From NCBI GenBank assembly GCA_965203635.1, contig OZ241903.1, forward strand, positions 292,232 through 356,231: DNA of 64,000 nt, written 5' to 3'. Below are positions 18,951 through 24,909 of this stretch, piece after piece. The translations under genes and the position numbers were made by a program. The stretch comes from Candidatus Aldehydirespirator sp. (GTDB lineage: Bacteria; Actinomycetota; Acidimicrobiia; Acidimicrobiales; Aldehydirespiratoraceae). The stretch's first letter is position 1; every line of letters begins with the position of its first letter. Under the pieces are notes generated by a model, which was not told the DNA's origin, did not search any database, and saw only the letters and a program-made list of their open reading frames with translations.

Positions 18951-20255
18951 TCACGAGAACTGCTTGCGCTTTAGCCACACCAGCCCTTCGCCCCGCGAGA
19001 TCACCGCAACATCGATCGGGCCACCGACGACATCGGCACCGGGGGTGAACTTCTCCTGGAACGATGCAAGGTGAACAAGTGTCTCAGCCATCTCCGCCAA
19101 GTGCTCCTTAGGAAGGCCCTGAACCAAATCGAGTAACGGTGCGGCATAGTAGGCAACCCTCATCTCCAACTCATCGGGCATCGAACTAATGACCTCGGAC
19201 GGCAGGGTTTGAAGCCAATCGACAACACCGTCGTAGCGCCTGGGATTCACTAAATCTTGAAGACCGTACGCTACCCGATCGATCAGTGCATTCAACAAGT
19301 CGAACACAATACTATGGTGAGCCTCAAGGAACTGGGGATGTATACCATCTATCAGGGTCCGCGCTACGTCATGTTGCTGCGCCAGCGGATAAATCATTGA
19401 CGCGCAATTGTCGTCAATGCTGATGTGATCGAGATGACGCGCTTTGATAACATTGTCCATGACTTGATCAACAATCCAATGAGTCAAGGATGGAAATAGC
19501 TGTTCATTTCCAAAGCCCGTGACGACCATGCCTGTTGATCCTGGTGACCAATCCGCTGTGCGGAGCGACTGCAATGTCGACCTCTCTAAATCATCTCGCA
19601 GAGTTCGTGTCAGCATCCTCGCGTCAAACGCTAGCAATTCAGGTAACTGACTGAACCAGAGACTCAAGAACTCGTTCCAGCTATTCACGGTCTCGCCATG
19701 CAACTGCCACCCTCTCACTGCTGTCTCCAATTGCTGTACAGCTCTAGTTTCTGAGATGCCAGACACGGGACCAATATCAGTCAGATACTCTGATCTCATT
19801 CGGGCAGCACGACACACCTGATCTTGAAAATAATCTTTCAACGCACCACCATCACTGGGTGCTGTCTGCGCGAAACGCCGCGCGCTTTCCTGCGCCATTC
19901 CACAGAGTTGCTCCAATTCCCAGAGGATCTCTGTCCTTACGAACTCCAGTTGCATCTGTGAAGAGATGTGTGAAACCATCTGCGGTAGGAACTCCACGAA
20001 GCATGAACCGTACTCTTCAACGGTAGAGAAGGACACATCCGTGTGTTCTTGCTTATACTGCTGTACTATCGTTTCCCAAGGTATGGGACCGAGCGATCCG
20101 GCACCATAGAACATGATTAGAACCGGCGGATCGAGCGACAGTGGAAATATCTTGTTTGCCGTCTTGTATACCTTCCTATCAGCTCCCAAGGTCACAGCAC
20201 TGTCGGCCGCGACAGCGACCGCTGCCCGATTGAGTATTGCTACCTCTGCTGTCAT
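18951..20255 (-). CDS. Orphan 434-aa protein with a possible HslV/proteasome-beta-like Ntn-hydrolase core and large helical insertions
   Basis: Clean ORF with AGGTG 5 nt upstream of the ATG. GC is about 47-50 % against about 68 % in the flanks. The first 24 residues, MTAEVAILNRAAVAVAADSAVTLG, align without gaps to E. coli HslV [24 protein letters not shown]. Confidence 0.6.
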   Translation of the reverse strand: MTAEVAILNRAAVAVAADSAVTLGADRKVYKTANKIFPLSLDPPVLIMFYGAGSLGPIPWETIVQQYKQEHTDVSFSTVEEYGSCFVEFLPQMVSHISSQMQLEFVRTEILWELEQLCGMAQESARRFAQTAPSDGGALKDYFQDQVCRAARMRSEYLTDIGPVSGISETRAVQQLETAVRGWQLHGETVNSWNEFLSLWFSQLPELLAFDARMLTRTLRDDLERSTLQSLRTADWSPGSTGMVVTGFGNEQLFPSLTHWIVDQVMDNVIKARHLDHISIDDNCASMIYPLAQQHDVARTLIDGIHPQFLEAHHSIVFDLLNALIDRVAYGLQDLVNPRRYDGVVDWLQTLPSEVISSMPDELEMRVAYYAAPLLDLVQGLPKEHLAEMAETLVHLASFQEKFTPGADVVGGPIDVAVISRGEGLVWLKRKQFS

Positions 20256-20343
20256 TGTTGCACCTGGTTGTCATTGTGATGTGGAATGGACCTAGCATGA
20301 CTGTATCTCCGCATCTGCCAGCCGGCCCGAGCAACTGGGTGCG

Positions 20344-21573
20344 CTAGCCCCATAGGGCGGCGATCGGGATCGCCTCTATTCGATCCTCCAGACGGAACTG
20401 GGCCGGGCCGGTGTGAAGCACCACTCCCGCCTTGAAGCCGTCCCCAAGCTGATCACGCAGCCACACCAGATGGCGGGCGTGGGCGAGCGTGGGCGCGCTG
20501 TGGGCCTTGATCTCCATGCCGATGAGGCCTCGTGCACCCAGATCGGCGATCAGATCCACCTCGTGGCGACCGTCGCGGTCGCGCAGGTGGTACAACCTCG
20601 GCCGGATCGGGTCCACAACGATCTCGGCGCGCAGCTGGTTCGTTACGAACGTGTCGATCAGCCGACCGAGGAGATCGCCGTCGCTCATGACCAGACGCAG
20701 GTCGGCGCCGACGGCCGAGGCCCACAGGCCGGTGTCGGCCACGAATCGCTTCGGCCCGCGGGCCAGGCGCTTGAGGCGGTTGCTGCTCCACGCTGGGAGC
20801 TCAGCTATCACGCCGAGGTCGCAGAGCAGCCTGGTGTACGAGAGCGATGTGCGCCGGTCCAGGCCGGCGGCCTGGTGGAGGGTTGTGTCGTTCACGATCC
20901 CCGCAGAGTTCAGCGCGTACGCCTGGAAGAACTCGATCAGCCTGGGGGGATCGCCGCCGCGGCGCCCGGCGGCGCGTTCATGGGTGAGCAGCTGATCCAG
21001 GTAGCTGTCGAGCCAGCCGGCCCGAACGCTGCCGGCAAGTTCGATGGCCGGCTCGGGAAAGCCGCCGCGCAGCGCTATCTCGGCATAGCCGCGCAGGTCG
21101 GGCGGGTCGCTCGGGACGGACAGCGGCTCCGCTGACAACAACCCGCTCAGGAACGGGCGCGAGGGCGCCGAGACCAGCTCCCGTACGGTCAGAGGATGCA
21201 TGGCAATCCTGATGAGACGACCCGTACCTGGCCAGAGGGCCGGATCCGCATCAGAGCGGACCGAGCCCGTCAGAATGAACCGTCCGACCCGGCGATCGGC
21301 ATCCACCGCCCGCTTGACGGCACCGAGCACACCGGGGCATGCCTGCCACTCGTCGAGCAGCACAGGCTCGGGCCGATCCCGCAGCGCCGCGTCGGGATCG
21401 GCCTCAATAGGGAAGGCCTCGCGCTCGTTGTCCAGCCGCACGACGCTGGCGGCGTGGCGCAGGGCGGTGGTGGTCTTGCCTGAAGCGCGCGCACCGGTGA
21501 TCATCACTGCCGGCGCTGAGGCCAGGACCTCAGCGATCCAAGGATCAACTAGGCGCTCCAAGTAGCGGTCCAC
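20344..21573 (-). CDS. AAA(AAA_14)-type ATPase with a DUF4143 (PD-(D/E)xK-like) C-terminal domain
   Basis: Walker A GARASGKTT, Walker B VLLDEWQ, C-terminal EVDLIAD...GMEIKAHS. GTG start at 21573. Confidence 0.85.
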   Translation of the reverse strand: MDRYLERLVDPWIAEVLASAPAVMITGARASGKTTTALRHAASVVRLDNEREAFPIEADPDAALRDRPEPVLLDEWQACPGVLGAVKRAVDADRRVGRFILTGSVRSDADPALWPGTGRLIRIAMHPLTVRELVSAPSRPFLSGLLSAEPLSVPSDPPDLRGYAEIALRGGFPEPAIELAGSVRAGWLDSYLDQLLTHERAAGRRGGDPPRLIEFFQAYALNSAGIVNDTTLHQAAGLDRRTSLSYTRLLCDLGVIAELPAWSSNRLKRLARGPKRFVADTGLWASAVGADLRLVMSDGDLLGRLIDTFVTNQLRAEIVVDPIRPRLYHLRDRDGRHEVDLIADLGARGLIGMEIKAHSAPTLAHARHLVWLRDQLGDGFKAGVVLHTGPAQFRLEDRIEAIPIAALWG

Positions 21574-21602
21574 ATTCGCATGCTACCCGCCTACGCACAT
21601 AA

Positions 21603-21710
21603 GAATGCCGTTCTAGCGCACTCTTGAATGCCGGTTTGGCGCATTAGTGAAGACGGATATAGCGCATGCTCTCATGCTGGTTTGGCGCACTCCGATGCCG
21701 GTTGCTCTCC
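21603..21710 (+). repeat. Four direct copies of an 18-19-nt motif ATGC(C/T)GGTTTGGCGCA(C/T)
   Basis: Copies: gaatgccgttctagcgcac (21603), gaatgccggtttggcgcat (21626), tcatgctggtttggcgcac (21672), cgatgccggttgctctcc (21693). They lie between the start of gene 20344-21573 and DR-R. Confidence 0.55.
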
Positions 21711-21737
21711 GCCCCGAGTTCGGCCCCCGGCCCTAAA
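21710..21737 (+). repeat. Direct repeat DR-R (cgccccgagttcggcccccggccctaaa)
   Basis: 26 of 28 nt identical to 16773-16800. In the corresponding frame it would also read RPEFGPRP plus TAA, although it is not attached to any ORF. Confidence 0.85.
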
Positions 21738-21803
21738 CCCTTACGGCACACACCCGAAACTGATGCAATCTCTACTTTGGATTGTCATGATAATCTAAAG
21801 GAC

Positions 21804-22958
21804 ATGTTTCAGCGGTTGCTGTCACTGCCGGAGCCCGGGACCGAGACCTTCTTCCTGTGGGGGCCGCGACAGGCGGGAAAGAGCACCCTGCTCAGGCAGC
21901 GGTGCCCCGACGGGATTTGGGTCGATCTGCTCAAGGCGGACGAGTTCCGCCGCTACGCGACCCGCCCGGAGCAATTGCGCGAGGAACTGGAGGCGGCGGG
22001 CCCGGACCCGTCGCGCCAGGTGGTCATCGACGAGATCCAGAAGGTTCCCGCCCTGCTCGACGAGGTGCACTGGCTGATCGAGAACCGCGGGCTGCGGTTC
22101 GCCCTGTGCGGATCGAGCGCGCGCAAGGTGCGGCGAGGCGCGGCGAACCTGCTTGGCGGACGGGCCCTGCGCTACGAATTGCGCGGCCTGACCGCCGGAG
22201 AGCTCGGGGAATCCTTCGACCTCGACCGGATGCTCAACCACGGCTGCCTGCCCTCGATCTACGGGTCCAGCGGGCACCGGCGCCGGCTCGACGCCTACAT
22301 CGCCGACTACCTGCGTCAGGAGGTCGCCGCCGAGGGACTGGTGCGAAACCTGCCCGCCTTCTCGGACTTCCTCGACGCAGCCGCGCTGAGCGACACCAAT
22401 GGTGTCAACTATTCGAACGTTGCTCGCGAGTGCGGCGTGTCGGGACCCACCGCCAAGGCGTACTTCGGCATCCTGGAGGACACGCTGCTGGCTCGCTGGC
22501 TGCCCCGCTGGCGACGCCGGGCGAAGCGCCGCCTGGCCGGCGCGCCCAAGCTCTACTTCGAGGATGTGGGCCTCGTGAACCGTCTGGCGCGGCGCGGCGA
22601 ACTGCACCGCGGTTCTGACGAGTACGGCAAGGCGTTCGAGAACTGGGTGTTCCATGAGCTCTCGGCGTTCCTCGCATATCGAGAGCGCGACGAGCAACTG
22701 ACCTACTGGCGACTCCCAAGCGGCATCGAGGTCGACTTCGTGGTCGGCGACATGCGGATCGCGATCGAGGCGAAGGCGAGCGCCAGAGTCACCAACAGGC
22801 ACCTCAAAGGCCTCCGCACCCTCGCCGAGGAGCACCCTGGCGTCGGTCGCCGGGCCGTGGTCAGCCTCGAACCTCGCCCACGCCGCACCAGCGACGGCAT
22901 CGACGTCATCGGCGCAGAGAACTTCGCCCGACAACTCTGGCAAGGCGAACTCGTGTAG
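21804..22958 (+). CDS. AAA(AAA_14)-type ATPase with a DUF4143 (PD-(D/E)xK-like) C-terminal domain, second copy
   Basis: ATG 21804 follows an AT-rich stretch. Walker A GPRQAGKST, Walker B VVIDEIQ, C-terminal EVDFVVGD...IAIEAKAS. Confidence 0.85.
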   Translation: MFQRLLSLPEPGTETFFLWGPRQAGKSTLLRQRCPDGIWVDLLKADEFRRYATRPEQLREELEAAGPDPSRQVVIDEIQKVPALLDEVHWLIENRGLRFALCGSSARKVRRGAANLLGGRALRYELRGLTAGELGESFDLDRMLNHGCLPSIYGSSGHRRRLDAYIADYLRQEVAAEGLVRNLPAFSDFLDAAALSDTNGVNYSNVARECGVSGPTAKAYFGILEDTLLARWLPRWRRRAKRRLAGAPKLYFEDVGLVNRLARRGELHRGSDEYGKAFENWVFHELSAFLAYRERDEQLTYWRLPSGIEVDFVVGDMRIAIEAKASARVTNRHLKGLRTLAEEHPGVGRRAVVSLEPRPRRTSDGIDVIGAENFARQLWQGELV

Positions 22959-22965
22959 TGCCGGC

Positions 22966-24108
22966 CTACGGGCCGCAGAAGTGTGACCAGACGGCTCCGG
23001 ACCTGGCCGGGCCTATGCCTCTGACCGCTTCGAGGTCTGCCCGGCTGGAGAACGGCTGGGCGGCGACCAGCCTGGCGGAGAGCACCTCTCCGATGCCGGA
23101 AACCGCGTCGTACTGAGCCGCGGTCTTGCCCGCGATCACGCACTCGTCGGGAGGGGCAATCGTGGTCGTCGGCGGGACTGTCGTCGTCGGCGGGACTGTC
23201 GTCGTCGGCGGGACTGTCGTCGTAGTGGCCGGCGGTTCGGCCGAGAACCCGGGCGCCTGATCGCCGCATCCCGACAGCGTCCGGCTGAGGGCATCCGCCT
23301 CGGCCTGGTCGACGGCCAGGTCCCATGCCGACTTGACCGTCACCGTGACCCGAGCCAGCAAGCAACGCCCGGCCGACGTGACCGTGTACCCGCCACCGCA
23401 TGCCGACGACCGGGCGATGTCGGCGTCGGACCACTCGGAGATGTCGTCTCCGCCCTTGGACTGGTTCACGCAGGCACGCGACGCCACGTGGTTGGCCGGG
23501 TCCTGGCTGAAGCGCTGCTTCGCGTTCCCGGACCACGCCCAGCCGCCCGACTCGTGCGCCTCGTGCAAGGCCACCACATGATCGACGTTGCAGGTGTCGA
23601 TGGGGGTGCCGGTATAGGGGTCAGGAGAGCCGACCGCTCCGCGGCACAGACCGCTGTTGTGGGGGCCCCAGGCGTCGCGGTCGTAGCCAGCGTCGTATTC
23701 CGCCGCCACCGACAGCGAGATCGAAGGGATGGACGTCGTCGGTACAGACACCTCCGGCACGGACTCCGTACCTTCTGCCCCTGCAACTGTTGCCGTCGGC
23801 GCCGATATCGACGGCACCGAGACCGAGGGCGCGGAGACCTCAGGTGCAGAGGCAGTTGGAACCGAGACCTCGGGCACATACACCTCAGGCACAGAACCGG
23901 ACGGCGCAGACACCTCCGGCACAGACGTTGCACTCGTGGACGGGGTGGACTCGTCCTCGGGGGTGGTGAGTGGCGGCGCCGGGTCCTCGGTTGAGCCGCG
24001 GCCATCAATCGATCCGCAGGCGGCTGTGATGACCAGCGCCAGTACCGCTGTGACTCGTATGAGCCGTCCGAACCAGAACTCAGCGCTGCGTTCAGACTCG
24101 GACCACAT
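22966..24108 (-). CDS. Lipoprotein-type secreted HNH/DUF1524 nuclease with a ComEA-like helix-hairpin-helix C-terminus
   Basis: Lipobox LVITAAC, Ser/Pro/Val/Glu-rich linker, VDHVVALHEAHESGG...NHVASRACVNQSKGGDDISEW (DUF1524-type His-Me finger), (TTVPPT)n linker, then SGIGEVLSARL...VRGIGPARS (HhH). Confidence 0.7.
   Translation of the reverse strand: MWSESERSAEFWFGRLIRVTAVLALVITAACGSIDGRGSTEDPAPPLTTPEDESTPSTSATSVPEVSAPSGSVPEVYVPEVSVPTASAPEVSAPSVSVPSISAPTATVAGAEGTESVPEVSVPTTSIPSISLSVAAEYDAGYDRDAWGPHNSGLCRGAVGSPDPYTGTPIDTCNVDHVVALHEAHESGGWAWSGNAKQRFSQDPANHVASRACVNQSKGGDDISEWSDADIARSSACGGGYTVTSAGRCLLARVTVTVKSAWDLAVDQAEADALSRTLSGCGDQAPGFSAEPPATTTTVPPTTTVPPTTTVPPTTTIAPPDECVIAGKTAAQYDAVSGIGEVLSARLVAAQPFSSRADLEAVRGIGPARSGAVWSHFCGP
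23165..23218. repeat. 18-bp x 3 perfect tandem repeat inside the coding sequence (encodes the TTTVPP linker)
   Basis: gtcgtcggcgggactgtc occurs three times in tandem. Confidence 0.9.
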
Positions 24109-24484
24109 TTAGTGCTTCGACGTGCGGGAAGTCTCGGTCCTGGGTTACGACCGGCACCCCGAGCGCCATCGCGGTGGCGGCGATCCAGGAGTCGTTGACC
24201 GGCATGTTCAACTTCTCGTCGCGCAGGATCAGGCGAAGCCTGGCCCATGCCGAGGCGACGCCCTCATCCACCGGCACCGGCTGGAGCGAGAGCGCAGCCG
24301 CCAGCGTGGAGAGCCGCCGGTCGCGGGTGGGCGTGTCGGTTGCGGCGAGCACCCCGGCCCGCAACTCGCCGATGGTGATCACCGATACAGCGAGCTCCTC
24401 GGGGAGGGACTCTGCCAAGATCGACCTTCCCGTCTCCCGCGCGATGAAGACGGAGGTGTCGGCGAGTCCCCGGCTCAACGCCAC
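24092..24484 (-). CDS. vapC: PIN-domain toxin VapC
   Basis: GTG 24484 overlaps the vapB stop by 10 nt. LADTSVFI...ELRAGV...NDSWIAATA...VVTQDRDF carries the PIN acidic residues. Confidence 0.85.
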   Translation of the reverse strand: MALSRGLADTSVFIARETGRSILAESLPEELAVSVITIGELRAGVLAATDTPTRDRRLSTLAAALSLQPVPVDEGVASAWARLRLILRDEKLNMPVNDSWIAATAMALGVPVVTQDRDFPHVEALNVVRV

Positions 24485-24729
24485 AGCAGGTCGTCGGTCG
24501 TGTCGCCGGCCAGCGACGCCAGGTCCGCGGTGAGCCCGGCATCGGCCTGATGAGCGAGCACATCGTGGACGAAGCGGCTTCTGCTCATCCACCGCGGCCT
24601 CTCAGCCACGGGAGCCAGTTCCGCCACCGGGCGCCCGTTCACGGTGACGGTGATGCGCTCCCCGTCGGCCACACGATCGAGGAGCGCCCGAGTCTGATTC
24701 CGCAGGTCCCTAGAGGCAACCTCACTCAT
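24475..24729 (-). CDS. vapB: Phd/YefM-type antitoxin (VapB)
   Basis: MSEVASRDLRNQTRALLDRVADGERITVTVNGRPVAELAPV, a typical Phd/YefM N-terminus, upstream of and overlapping vapC. Confidence 0.8.
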   Translation of the reverse strand: MSEVASRDLRNQTRALLDRVADGERITVTVNGRPVAELAPVAERPRWMSRSRFVHDVLAHQADAGLTADLASLAGDTTDDLLWR

Positions 24730-24738
24730 GCGACAATC

Positions 24739-24754
24739 GTAGCACAATTGCTAC
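24739..24754. promoter_or_regulatory. Candidate antitoxin operator palindrome GTAGCA-caat-TGCTAC
   Basis: 6-bp inverted arms 10 nt upstream of the vapB ATG. Confidence 0.3.
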
Positions 24755-24909
24755 AGCCCGCCTCCGAGGTCGCCGAGGGCGGCGCGGCTGCATGAGCGAC
24801 CACATGTCCGAGCCGCTTTCGGTGTGGATTCCTTCCGCTTGCTCCGTTAGTTTCGGGTGTTCCGGAACTTGATCAGGTTCGCAAGTCTGCCGGCGTGAGG
24901 AGTCCCGAC

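Larger units (their letters stand above)
16773..21737. mobile_element. Putative integrated genomic island bounded by 28-bp direct repeats (no integrase seen)
   Basis: att-like direct repeats, a drop in GC, defence-type cargo, and insertion exactly at the 3' end of a gene. Confidence 0.45.

Noticed and set aside
23165-23218. Perfect 18-bp x3 repeat, considered as a possible mini CRISPR or other non-coding array
   Set aside because: It is tandem without spacers, in frame inside a CDS, and encodes a Thr/Pro linker. It is a coding microsatellite-like repeat.
16801-24900. Search for an integrase, transposase, IS ends or phage genes in the accessory region
   Set aside because: None of the ORFs shows recombinase or transposase-like motifs (no R..HxxR..Y pattern and no DDE layout that I could recognise). 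The island is therefore reported only as putative, on the evidence of its direct repeats.
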